NCBI GenBank assembly: GCA_964362625.1
Contig: CAYIFA010000001.1
Coordinates: 2,994-66,993 of the forward strand
Length of the DNA: 64,000 nucleotides
Source of the DNA: an uncultured Candidatus Saccharibacteria bacterium
GTDB lineage: Bacteria > Patescibacteriota > Minisyncoccia > 1-14-0-10-42-19
Direction: 5' to 3'
Both the position numbers and the translations under genes were made by a program. Numbering within the stretch: position 1 is the first letter of the stretch; each line of letters begins with the position of its first letter. Below are positions 47,534 through 56,672 of the stretch, piece by piece. The notes under the pieces were generated by a model, which searched no databases, was not told where the DNA came from, and saw only the letters and a list, made by a program, of their open reading frames with translations.

Positions 47534-48520
47534 TTAGCCATCACGAAAGGCATCATAACGATGGCCAAGCTTGTCGCGGTTCCCTTTATACCACAAAACC
47601 GTATCGCCTATTCCAAACTCCAAAGAAATTGTCGGATGAAATCCATAACTTTTGGCGCGGGTCGTATCAAGAACTCTTCGACGGTCACCTCGTTCGCCTG
47701 CAGATTTCTCAGCATTCCATTTTATCTCCGGCTTAACTTCCAAATTATCAACTATTAGCCGAACCAACTCGCGAATTGTGGCGCCCTTACCGCTGCCGAG
47801 GTTAATCGGCTGATATATTTCGTTTTCGGCTGTAAAAAGCATGCCGCGCGCCACGTCTAAAGCATTTATGAAATCGCGCTCGGAGGTTCCATCGCCACGA
47901 ACTTGCAGAGGGTTTTCTCCATCTACCGCCCGTCTAATTAAAGACGGAACCACCATCGCGCTCTCCGCGTCAAATGCATCATAGCGCCCATAAGCATTAG
48001 CCGGACGGACTATAGAAACTTTCCAGCCATATTCAATGGCAAAAGCTTCTGCCTGCAGTTCGCCCATGCGCTTGGCCCAGCCGGCAAATTTATCATTCTC
48101 CGATGGATTCGCTTTCCACAAATCATCTTCAACCAAAAGTGGTGCCGGATGATATGCGCCGTAAGTGCTCGTGTATAAATACCCTTTTACCTTGCGTCTT
48201 CGCGCCGCTTCCATCAAATTGGTATTGAATTGCAGATGAGTAGTAAACATGGTCGCCGGCTTAGTTTTAGCCATAACCGGCGAACCCTTTACCCCCAGCA
48301 GATTAAAAACATAATCAACGCCGCCGCATGCCATCATACAATTATCAAAATGGCGTAAATCAGCGCAGATAAAATGCACACGCTTATTTGCTGTCTGCGG
48401 TCTATCCAGCGAAGCAACTTGGACAAAAGCGCCGCGCGTAAGCAGCATATCGACTAGCGGTCTGCCGATCATACCGGTGCCGCCGGCAACCAGAACTACT
48501 TTACCGTCGAAGTTATACAT
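47534..48520 (-). CDS. NAD-dependent epimerase/dehydratase (Fcl-like), paralog
   Basis: VLVAGGTGMIG and VRPANAYGRYDAF motifs are present. The start is trimmed to MYNFDGK to remove a 58-aa spurious extension. Confidence 0.75.
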   Translation of the reverse strand: MYNFDGKVVLVAGGTGMIGRPLVDMLLTRGAFVQVASLDRPQTANKRVHFICADLRHFDNCMMACGGVDYVFNLLGVKGSPVMAKTKPATMFTTHLQFNTNLMEAARRRKVKGYLYTSTYGAYHPAPLLVEDDLWKANPSENDKFAGWAKRMGELQAEAFAIEYGWKVSIVRPANAYGRYDAFDAESAMVVPSLIRRAVDGENPLQVRGDGTSERDFINALDVARGMLFTAENEIYQPINLGSGKGATIRELVRLIVDNLEVKPEIKWNAEKSAGERGDRRRVLDTTRAKSYGFHPTISLEFGIGDTVLWYKGNRDKLGHRYDAFRDG

Positions 48521-48542
48521 GCCCACCTCCTCTTGGTTTTTA

Positions 48543-49268
48543 TCAGTAGATGAGCGGCCGAAGTTCAATGGCTTCGCGCTTAGCATTTTTGCCAGACCAA
48601 AATGCGACTCCCTTATTGATATATGAAACCGAGAAAAGCGGACGCGAACGAGTCGGCGATAAATTCGGATGCGAACCATGCACCAAATCACCATGCAATA
48701 CGAGCATACTGCCTTTCTTGAAAATCAAATCAATCCTGGGGTATTTCCCATACCGCATGGAATCGCGTATCACCTTGCCGGGATTTGCTCCGGGCGCTTC
48801 ATGGAAGCTGATAGTTGGCCGGGCATCCAGTAGTCCTTCTTTATGAGAACCGGCGTAAACATACAAACTGCCATTTTCGCGATTAGCATCCTCCAAAAAA
48901 ATGTTGATGGTGATATACGCGCCATGTTCAGCTTTAGGATAGGCGTTATCTTGATGCGGATTCCAAGCTTGCATCGCGTATTTGCTTCCGGCTTTTTTAA
49001 AGAGCACTTGGCTCATCAGAGCGACAACCTCGCGTCCCTGCAATTCCTCAAGGATAGTAACCACCCACCACTTACGCATAATACTCCGTACTGACTCCGA
49101 CTCACGGTCTAAATTCATAATCGCCGAAAAATCCGCATCCGCATGATTTTCGATCTCAGCTTTAATCGCATCGCACTCTTCCGGCTGATAGATATTATCA
49201 ACGATCAAATAACCAAAACGGTGATAAAAAGCAGTATCTACTTCATATAAGACTTTTAGCTTTTCCAC
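48543..49268 (-). CDS. Phytanoyl-CoA dioxygenase (PhyH)-family Fe(II)/2-oxoglutarate oxygenase
   Basis: An HxD motif (NPHQDNAY), a YAGSHKEG (GSH) motif and a distal His (LHGDLVHGS) are present. Confidence 0.7.
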   Translation of the reverse strand: MEKLKVLYEVDTAFYHRFGYLIVDNIYQPEECDAIKAEIENHADADFSAIMNLDRESESVRSIMRKWWVVTILEELQGREVVALMSQVLFKKAGSKYAMQAWNPHQDNAYPKAEHGAYITINIFLEDANRENGSLYVYAGSHKEGLLDARPTISFHEAPGANPGKVIRDSMRYGKYPRIDLIFKKGSMLVLHGDLVHGSHPNLSPTRSRPLFSVSYINKGVAFWSGKNAKREAIELRPLIY

Positions 49269-49340
49269 ATTAACCCCTCTTTCGTATATATGCTTTTACA
49301 ATTCTTCACGAATACTACTCCGAACAAAAATGTTAGTCAA

Positions 49341-49385
49341 GTTAAAAAAACCGTTCCGGAAGCACCGGAACGGTTATCTAATCTC
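49341..49385 (-). terminator. Rho-independent terminator; repeat family 2, copy 2
   Basis: aaaaaaa precedes the same 11-bp stem (accgttccgg-aagc-accggaacggt). It shares the 3' flank tctaatctc with copy 1. Confidence 0.65.
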
Positions 49386-49395
49386 GCTTGCGTGT

Positions 49396-51207
49396 CTAAT
49401 CTTTCAATTGTCGAAGAATGTCATAAACCCCAAGAACTTCATAACGCGAACGCCAGTAAGCGGACTCGCAAAGGATTTCTTCCGTGGCCTGCATTAGTCG
49501 CAACGGCGCTTCATTATCGCCAAGCTTCTTCAAACACAGACCGTAAAAAGTGTGCCCTAGTGGGTTTTCCGGGGCAACGCGCCGACAAATATCCTCAAGC
49601 ATTTTTGCGATTTTGGCGAGTTTGACAGGATCAGCAATACCGATTATTTTTTCATAATTAATCTTGTAATCCACTAAAAACCAATAATCGCCTATATCCT
49701 TAGCATCGGGGACAGAGTCGGGATCGGCCACCTTAAACAAATCAACAAAATCCCTAGACCGAGTCTTTTCGCTGGATTCGCGCAGATATTGCCGGCCATG
49801 CGGCCCAATTAAGAAGGCGACATCTTTAGTTTGCAGACTCTCCTCAATCAACCCCTGCTCTACCATCGCGTAATATATTTCAGTTGACGGCAGAGGGTTT
49901 AGGGCTTGAAGCGGATACCAATCATAACAAAGCTCAAGAGCAAAATTTACCGTATCGGAAATCATGCGCACCGTTTCATTCGGAAATCCCAGAATCAGAA
50001 ATCCTTTTACAAATATATGCGGATATTCGTCAATGAATGTTTTAGATTTTCTGAAAGTCGCGAGTGTCCCTGGTTTATGCATGGCCCGGAGCATCTTCTC
50101 ATTGCCGGATTCGATTCCGAGATTAAAGCCGATGCATCCTGATTCAGACATCGCTTGCATAATTGCCGGCGTAATTGCCGCCGAAATCAAGCCGTTGGAA
50201 GCATCCCAGGTTATGTCCATTTTTCTTTCGGTTATTTCATTGAACAAGGCCATCGCTCTTTTACCGTCAAAGAGCAGGTCGTCATCAAGCCAGGTAATGT
50301 GCCTGATCCCATATTTTTCGCTCAACTCCTGAATTTCATCGACAACGCTCTTAACGCTTCTCTCGCGTACTCCTGGTCCATTGAAAGAAGCAACTGAACA
50401 AAAACTGCAATGCGCCCGGCAACCGCGGTTGGAAAGAACGCAAGCGGCCCTACGCCCTTGCCGCATATAAACATAAGACCCAATTTGTCCTCGCGCGTCA
50501 TAAAGCTCCACCGGTAAATCATGATATAAAGGTGCTGCGTCAATTTCGGCCGGACCCGGAGTAGCCCGCTCCTCAATAGCAACGTAATCGCCGCCAATCA
50601 TAGTTCCGATTTGCGCCAAAACTTCTTCGCCCAGATATCCATTTACAAAATCCAGAGTATCCGGAAAGCTTTTATCGCATTCGTATACGCCGATAAAATC
50701 AAGGTGCGGACAATCTTCCATGGCCAACTTTCTGGCGTTAGATAAATGAACTCCGCCGCCAAAAACCGTCAATTCCGGGTCATGCTCTTTGATGGCCGCG
50801 GAAACCAGCTTAATCGCGCTATGCGACATGGTAAACATTCCGGAGAGTCCGACCAAGTGCGGCTGAAATGAGCCGAGACGTTCAATTAACTTCTCCTTCC
50901 AGACACCGAAATAAAAGCTTTCGCGCGCGATATGCGCGTAGTCAAGAACCTCAAGATTAAGATCCAAGATGTCGGTCTGGTAGCCGCGGTTTGTGAGATC
51001 GCGGCAAAGCACTCCCACCCCATAAGGCTGATAGGCCCAGTAGCGATTGCGTATAGCGCGGTCTACAATAAAAGCATGTTCTTCAATGTGCGGAAGCTGA
51101 ATCATAAGAATGCGCGTGCATGGCGTCTTAACCACCGCTTTCAGCTTACGCGCGATTTTCAGCCGTGCATCTTCGCCCTGAGTACTTACCGGCAACTTCC
51201 AGGTCAT
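49396..51207 (-). CDS. Cobalamin (B12)-binding radical SAM enzyme, paralog 2
   Basis: An N-terminal B12-binding-like domain and an SNRGCRAHCSFCSV CxxxCxxC motif are present. Length is 603 aa. Confidence 0.8.
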   Translation of the reverse strand: MTWKLPVSTQGEDARLKIARKLKAVVKTPCTRILMIQLPHIEEHAFIVDRAIRNRYWAYQPYGVGVLCRDLTNRGYQTDILDLNLEVLDYAHIARESFYFGVWKEKLIERLGSFQPHLVGLSGMFTMSHSAIKLVSAAIKEHDPELTVFGGGVHLSNARKLAMEDCPHLDFIGVYECDKSFPDTLDFVNGYLGEEVLAQIGTMIGGDYVAIEERATPGPAEIDAAPLYHDLPVELYDARGQIGSYVYMRQGRRAACVLSNRGCRAHCSFCSVASFNGPGVRERSVKSVVDEIQELSEKYGIRHITWLDDDLLFDGKRAMALFNEITERKMDITWDASNGLISAAITPAIMQAMSESGCIGFNLGIESGNEKMLRAMHKPGTLATFRKSKTFIDEYPHIFVKGFLILGFPNETVRMISDTVNFALELCYDWYPLQALNPLPSTEIYYAMVEQGLIEESLQTKDVAFLIGPHGRQYLRESSEKTRSRDFVDLFKVADPDSVPDAKDIGDYWFLVDYKINYEKIIGIADPVKLAKIAKMLEDICRRVAPENPLGHTFYGLCLKKLGDNEAPLRLMQATEEILCESAYWRSRYEVLGVYDILRQLKD

Positions 51208-51323
51208 GGCTATCCTCCGTCATATAAAATTGTCAGGCTTTACTCTAGCGATAATATAAAACACTGCTAAAGCCGTGTCAATAAAAATACTCGGCGTTTT
51301 GCAGCCAAGTATTTTAAAAATTT

Positions 51324-51890
51324 TTAGTATTGAAGCGATATGCCAAGATGCGGCAAGGCAAGCATAGTCAAAACAATTGTCTTCGAATCAATAATCTTTC
51401 CCTCCCAAATCATTTCAATCCATTGCCGTAAATCAAAGGTTTCAGCTTCAATATACTCAATATCATCGAGCTGTAATTTTCCTACTTTTACGCAGTCGGT
51501 CGCGAGATAACAGCCGTATTGCAGCCGCAGCCCATCCGGCTCCCACCACATGGCCGGGCAAAGCTGTACGATTCGTCCGGGCGCGTAACCCGTCTCTTCT
51601 TTTAATTCCGACTCAACTATCTCGACATCGGTTTGGTTTCCTTTTGGATTGCCGCCAGGCAACTCAATAAGCACGTCTTTGGCCGCGTGCCGGAATTGGC
51701 GGGTGGCAATTACTTTTTTGTCCATAGTTACCGGAAAAACAATGACCGGATGAATGCCGATACCAGCACGAATCAATGCATAAGTATAAGTTTCACCGGT
51801 TTTCGGATTAAAAAAATCTTCAGTGATAAACTCTTTGCGATACAAGCTAAGCAAAACCTTCGGCTCGCCAACTCTTACCGGAGTTTCCAT
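51324..51890 (-). CDS. NUDIX hydrolase (nucleotide-sugar/ADP-ribose pyrophosphatase-like)
   Basis: A Nudix box (GGNPKGNQTDVEIVESELKEETGY) is present. Confidence 0.75.
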   Translation of the reverse strand: METPVRVGEPKVLLSLYRKEFITEDFFNPKTGETYTYALIRAGIGIHPVIVFPVTMDKKVIATRQFRHAAKDVLIELPGGNPKGNQTDVEIVESELKEETGYAPGRIVQLCPAMWWEPDGLRLQYGCYLATDCVKVGKLQLDDIEYIEAETFDLRQWIEMIWEGKIIDSKTIVLTMLALPHLGISLQY

Positions 51891-51949
51891 CGCCTACTCC
51901 TCTTGAAAAAATTTACAAATCTAAGTCATTACTATCAGGACGTACGATA

Positions 51950-51978
51950 TATGTCAACCAAGCTCAGCTTGGTTAACC
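51950..51978. repeat. Palindromic repeat, family 3, copy 1 (tgtcaaccaagctcagcttggttaacc)
   Basis: It overlaps the stop codon of the DJ-1/PfpI gene. It shares 22 of 24 nt with the copy at 58191..58216. Confidence 0.55.
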
Positions 51979-52479
51979 AAAAAACCTCAATGTATCACGC
52001 ATCCAATCTCCCAAATATTTATAATGCGGGCTGGTTATGATTTTACCGTCAACTACCGACGGAACGTCAACGTAAGTCGCGCCAGCGTTTTCGATGTCGT
52101 CCTTAATGCTGTAATAGCCGGAGATTTTTTTGCCTTTAACGATACGCGCTGAAATTAAAAGCTGCGCGGCATGGCAAATACTGGCGATCGGCTTATCCGC
52201 GTCATGAAAATCTTTTATGAATTTTATCGCCTCCTGGTCCTGTCTCAAATACTCCATACACTTTGCCCCACCAGGCAAAACCAGCAAATCATAGTCCTCC
52301 CCCCTAAGACCTGCTATATCCTTAGTTGGCACTACTTTTGTGCCGAGAATCCCTTGCACTTCAACATTGCCGCGGACTGCCACATCAACCTTAAACCCCG
52401 CCTCTTGCAGACGGTAATATGGATAAATAAATTCGTGATCCTGAACAAATTTTCCGGTTAAAATTAATGCCCTATTCAT
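51973..52479 (-). CDS. DJ-1/PfpI-family protein
   Basis: A nucleophile-elbow SICHAAQLL motif is present. Length is 168 aa. Confidence 0.75.
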   Translation of the reverse strand: MNRALILTGKFVQDHEFIYPYYRLQEAGFKVDVAVRGNVEVQGILGTKVVPTKDIAGLRGEDYDLLVLPGGAKCMEYLRQDQEAIKFIKDFHDADKPIASICHAAQLLISARIVKGKKISGYYSIKDDIENAGATYVDVPSVVDGKIITSPHYKYLGDWMRDTLRFFG

Positions 52480-53235
52480 CTAAATTGTCTTAATCAATAA
52501 AAATTCGCTTTCGCCAACGCACTTAAGATGGCCTTGCTTTTTAAAATCGCTCCAACTAAAGGCGTCGCCTACTTCCACTATACATTGTCCATTTGAATCA
52601 AAAAAGTTCCCCTTCAGGGCGCAAGCAATATCCGCATCTAAAAACGGCAAAGCGCTTTTAAGAAAATAGTCGTTTTGATAACGAACCACCGAAATATGCG
52701 AATCGCCAAAACGTTTACCGTGATGGTATCGCTCATTATGTTTATGAAAATGCGGCATTTCTGGATCTAGTCGCTCATGAAATTCCGATCCCTCATAACC
52801 CTGGCCGCTTCTTCCGTAATGATCGTGAAGACGGACCAGGTCCTTCTTGTTAGTCGGAGTTTCCGTTTCCAGAATAATTACACCATCGGACAAAGCTTCG
52901 GTTGCGTGGAAAACTCCCTTATCTATCAAAAAACCCTGACCTTTTGACAAAATCGCCTCGGTCTGTAATGTTGGGCACTTCACGTTTCCGGAAAGAACCA
53001 CCAGGGCGGTTTTTTTATTGGGGTGAGCGTGCATCGAAGTTCTCGCCCCTTTGTTAATTTGCAAAATCCATACGGCAGTATAATCGTTCTTAAATACCAA
53101 ATACTCCTCGCCCCACGGCTTTTTTATCACCACCCGGGCATAATCAAAAAAATCATCAACTAAGTCAGATGGATTTAGGGAGGCAGTAATTATATGTTTT
53201 CTATCTTCATCAGAAACAGCGAGTCGCTTAATCAT
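52480..53235 (-). CDS. Cupin-domain protein (mannose-6-phosphate isomerase-like type II cupin)
   Basis: A KKPWGEE ... SMHAHP cupin motif is present. A second cupin-like half may follow. Confidence 0.5.
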   Translation of the reverse strand: MIKRLAVSDEDRKHIITASLNPSDLVDDFFDYARVVIKKPWGEEYLVFKNDYTAVWILQINKGARTSMHAHPNKKTALVVLSGNVKCPTLQTEAILSKGQGFLIDKGVFHATEALSDGVIILETETPTNKKDLVRLHDHYGRSGQGYEGSEFHERLDPEMPHFHKHNERYHHGKRFGDSHISVVRYQNDYFLKSALPFLDADIACALKGNFFDSNGQCIVEVGDAFSWSDFKKQGHLKCVGESEFLLIKTI

Positions 53236-53246
53236 GCTTATTACTA

Positions 53247-53876
53247 TTGCATAATTTTACGGAAAATACAATGATGGTGATGATGCCAAGATCGCGAACA
53301 AGCAAAAATAAATATATGGTACTGCTTTGCGGCCTGCCCGGCACCGGCAAAACTATCCGCGCTCAAGAATTAAAGGATGGATTGAAAAATTTTGCAGTCA
53401 TTGACCAAAATACAATTCGCAGAAAACTGGGGATTAGGCGCATGCCGAAAACCCAAGAAGAAACCCTGCGCGCAGTCGATAGAACTGCGGCGCGATTCTT
53501 AAATAAGAACGCGAGTGTGATTATAGACAGCGTTAACCGTCACACTTTCCGCCGCCAGCAATTATACGGCGTTGCTTCGGCGTGCGACGCGCGCGTAATT
53601 ACCCTTGAAATAATTTGCCCGGAAAAAACCGCAAAATTCAGAATGCGCAAAAGGGGGAAATCAGACGGCTTGTTGTCCGATCCAAATAACACGAAGGTTT
53701 ATGACAAGATTAAAAAACTTTGGGAAGACGTAAAAATAGATTTTAGGTATCCGGGCGAAGACCATGTTTCTTACGCCCAATTTAATAGCGGCAAGCAAAA
53801 ATTTATTCCAGTAATTGTCCGACCGGAAGATAAAAAAATGTTAAGAACAATAGCAGAAATTCTGGAAGCCAAGTGA
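53247..53876 (+). CDS. P-loop kinase (AAA_33/zeta-toxin-like small-molecule kinase)
   Basis: A Walker A motif (LLCGLPGTGKT) is present. The start may be an internal Met near 53316. Confidence 0.45.
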   Translation: MHNFTENTMMVMMPRSRTSKNKYMVLLCGLPGTGKTIRAQELKDGLKNFAVIDQNTIRRKLGIRRMPKTQEETLRAVDRTAARFLNKNASVIIDSVNRHTFRRQQLYGVASACDARVITLEIICPEKTAKFRMRKRGKSDGLLSDPNNTKVYDKIKKLWEDVKIDFRYPGEDHVSYAQFNSGKQKFIPVIVRPEDKKMLRTIAEILEAK

Positions 53877-53910
53877 AAAGGCGTCCCAAACATGGAACGC
53901 CTACCTCGCT

Positions 53911-55800
53911 TTAGATTCTCAACATTTCTTTAACTTTTTTACAAATTTTTTCTTCTGTTGGCGGAAGGTTATCAAGATGCGGGGCAAAACCGGCGGCCCG
54001 CTCTTCAAGGCACAAAACTTCAATGTCGCTCGATCCGCTTTCGCGCATCAAATCATAAGCGACACACTTTGCGACACCGTTTTCAAAATCACCGTCAAGC
54101 ACCAACCCTCGATCGTGCGACCTAAACAAAGCATCTAACATGTCTTCTGTAGCCTCAAACGGTTTAAGCCATAAAAGGTGGACCAAATTACATTTAATCC
54201 CATCTCTCCCAAGGGTCTTCACGGCTTCGATAGCATTAAGCCGCGTAGAAGAAATCGCAAAAATAGTAACTTCGGCATGCTCATGAATAATATCGTCCAT
54301 TTCATAGTCAATCGGAAAACTGCGGCGATGTTCGCTCGAATACACCGGAACATCATGACTCATGAACCGATCCCAAACCTCGCGATATTCTCCGGGTGTC
54401 ATTGGAGCGGCAACGGCTACGCCCGGCATCCTAGTGTAAATGCCGTGATGACTGCCGGATGCTACCGGACCAATTGCGCCGTCCATCGCGATTGAACGAA
54501 TAAACACCGGGCATGAAACCCCCCACATATCTTTTGACTTGGCCGCGTAGTTCAAAATGAACGGGGCGTTAAACCACTGGAATCCCTGATAGCGGACAAT
54601 ATAAATAGGTCGGCGTCCGGCTATTTCTCTGCCATCAACAAATTTCGGCAAACTATGACCAACCGCGATTCCTCCGCCGGCCACATCAGCCATGGAAAGT
54701 TCAGTCAAGCCATCTTTTTCGGTAAGCCCTGGGACGGTTCCGCCGACCCAACCAACCGCGGTCAAACACTGCCCAAGCGCGACACCGCCGTTTTTAAGAT
54801 GCTCGCGCGTAATACTGCGTATTGTCTCGGCTACGGTTAGACTATAGTGACTTGACGTTTGCACTTGCTTGATTTTATGGGTTTGACGGTAATTAATGGC
54901 ATCAGGCGCTACATTCTCTAATTCATCTTTCCACAATTGCATAGCCAAAGTTTCCGCTTCACCTTCAAGCTCTTTCGCTGACCCGGCCAAACCGAGACGA
55001 TGCATTTCTTCCTTAACCAATTCAAACCTATCCCACTCCGGCGGACCATCGTTACCTGTGCCGTTATGCCACAGATGACGAACAACATGGATATTCATGA
55101 ACGCCGGCAGACCTTCAGCAATTAAGCAGTTAGCCATATACATAATTAGCCAAGGGTCATCTGTTATATCAACCGCATACATTTTAAATGCTTGCGCGAT
55201 ATCCTTCACCAGCCAGTTCCGGCGAACTTCAACTTTAGTAAGAATTGAAAGCCCGTTGTCCATACAAACGAACAAAACCGGCGCCTTTTTATGGCTGGCG
55301 TATCCGAGAGAAGCCAACGCATAATCTTCTTCAGCTGAAGCATCGCCCATCACCGCGAGTGTCCTATCGTTATGCCCGAGCGCATATCCGACCGCTATCG
55401 GAATTTGAGTGCCCATCAAGCCGTCGTGGCCGAACATTTTTATTTGCGGGGAATGAATCGAGGCCGAACCACCCATGCCGCGAGCGCATCCGGTTTCTTT
55501 ATGCAACAGTTCATCGCGCAACGCTGCCGGATCGCCGCCATAAGCCAAATATAAATCATGCGAGCGGTGCTGGCCGAAGATTGCCGGATTTTTGAAGACA
55601 GCCGCCAACCCGGCCGCAACCGCTTCTTGTCCGACTGAAAGGTAAACCGGCATTTTTATCAATCCGGCATCATAAGCTTCTTTTACCCTCAACTCAAAAT
55701 AACGGATCCGGCACATCCGCCCGAACATTTCTAAAGAAGTTTCTTTGGAAAACTGTCGGGAGACATTAGAAATCATCCCAAAATCCTTTGATCTGGCCAT
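53911..55800 (-). CDS. Fused TPP-dependent E1 alpha-beta-like protein (single-polypeptide 2-oxoacid dehydrogenase/transketolase-like)
   Basis: A 629-aa protein with an N-terminal E1-alpha-like TPP region (GDASAEEDYALASLGYA) followed by a beta/transketolase-C-like half. Confidence 0.65.
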   Translation of the reverse strand: MARSKDFGMISNVSRQFSKETSLEMFGRMCRIRYFELRVKEAYDAGLIKMPVYLSVGQEAVAAGLAAVFKNPAIFGQHRSHDLYLAYGGDPAALRDELLHKETGCARGMGGSASIHSPQIKMFGHDGLMGTQIPIAVGYALGHNDRTLAVMGDASAEEDYALASLGYASHKKAPVLFVCMDNGLSILTKVEVRRNWLVKDIAQAFKMYAVDITDDPWLIMYMANCLIAEGLPAFMNIHVVRHLWHNGTGNDGPPEWDRFELVKEEMHRLGLAGSAKELEGEAETLAMQLWKDELENVAPDAINYRQTHKIKQVQTSSHYSLTVAETIRSITREHLKNGGVALGQCLTAVGWVGGTVPGLTEKDGLTELSMADVAGGGIAVGHSLPKFVDGREIAGRRPIYIVRYQGFQWFNAPFILNYAAKSKDMWGVSCPVFIRSIAMDGAIGPVASGSHHGIYTRMPGVAVAAPMTPGEYREVWDRFMSHDVPVYSSEHRRSFPIDYEMDDIIHEHAEVTIFAISSTRLNAIEAVKTLGRDGIKCNLVHLLWLKPFEATEDMLDALFRSHDRGLVLDGDFENGVAKCVAYDLMRESGSSDIEVLCLEERAAGFAPHLDNLPPTEEKICKKVKEMLRI

Positions 55801-55894
55801 TTCCGAGTTTCCTCCGTGATCGAAGTGCGTGTCAATTAACTCTACCGAGAACTATAGCAAAAGCAGCACGGCAGTCAATGCGGTTAATATTATG

Positions 55895-56668
55895 TTAAAT
55901 TGTTTTGGAAACACCGGTTACTTCTTTGACGATTTTTTCCATGCTGGCGAGCAATGACTCGACGCTCGGATCAATTACTAAATCAGGATCTTTAGGCGGC
56001 TCATAAGGTTTATCCGGAGCAACCTCTCCGCCCTTTACATAAATCCAAAAGGGGTTTACGATATCGTCAATTTTCCTTCGTGAATCTTCAAATGCCGCGA
56101 TAACCGATACTACGACGTTATGCCCCTGATTGGCGAGAACCTTAGCCAGCCGGGCGACGCGAAGATAATTTTCTTCGCGATGCTCTTTGCTGTATCCGAG
56201 ATCCACAGAAATCGAAGTCCGCATTTCATCACCGTCTAATACCACTGCGTTCAATCGCTCTTTCAATAAATAAGCAAGCGAGGTTTTGCCCGAACCGGTA
56301 TTACCGGTAAGCCAGACTACGCCTTTTTTGACGCCCCTGACCTTTGTCGCCGAAATTTCTTCGGTTTGTTTATCCAAACGCACTTTCCTTATACCCCAGC
56401 CGACATCCCGCCCATAGCACACTTCGGCAATATCCGGAATCGTAATTATTTCTACGTTAGGATTATCGCCATAAATACGTTTTATGCGTCCTATTCGCTC
56501 ATCCAAGCGATAAGGATTTTTCTCGCTAAATGCCGTTTCTTTGACTGCGATAACCACGCGTTTCCCTTCGTTAAGAACCGAATCAATCAATTTCTTATGT
56601 CCGTCATGAAACGGCTGGTATCTGCCGATAAAAAGCGATGGTCCGGTTGGATTCGTTTTATTGGGCAT
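55895..56668 (-). CDS. Bifunctional protein with an N-terminal NMNAT-like nucleotidyltransferase domain fused to an adenylylsulfate (APS) kinase domain
   Basis: The N-terminus has FIGRYQPFHDGH (an archaeal-NMNAT-like HxGH motif). The C-terminus has VVWLTGNTGSGKTSLAY (P-loop) and VLDGDEMRTSISVDLGYSKEHREENYLR, which matches the APS-kinase DGDNVRHGLNKDLGFSxxDRxENIRR signature. Confidence 0.75.
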   Translation of the reverse strand: MPNKTNPTGPSLFIGRYQPFHDGHKKLIDSVLNEGKRVVIAVKETAFSEKNPYRLDERIGRIKRIYGDNPNVEIITIPDIAEVCYGRDVGWGIRKVRLDKQTEEISATKVRGVKKGVVWLTGNTGSGKTSLAYLLKERLNAVVLDGDEMRTSISVDLGYSKEHREENYLRVARLAKVLANQGHNVVVSVIAAFEDSRRKIDDIVNPFWIYVKGGEVAPDKPYEPPKDPDLVIDPSVESLLASMEKIVKEVTGVSKTI

Positions 56669-56672
56669 ATAT

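Noticed and set aside
47534-48694. A 58-aa Arg-rich N-terminal extension on the epimerase ORF
   Set aside because: It overlaps the downstream PhyH gene. The paralog at 35409..36377 starts at the equivalent of the internal Met MYNFDGK.
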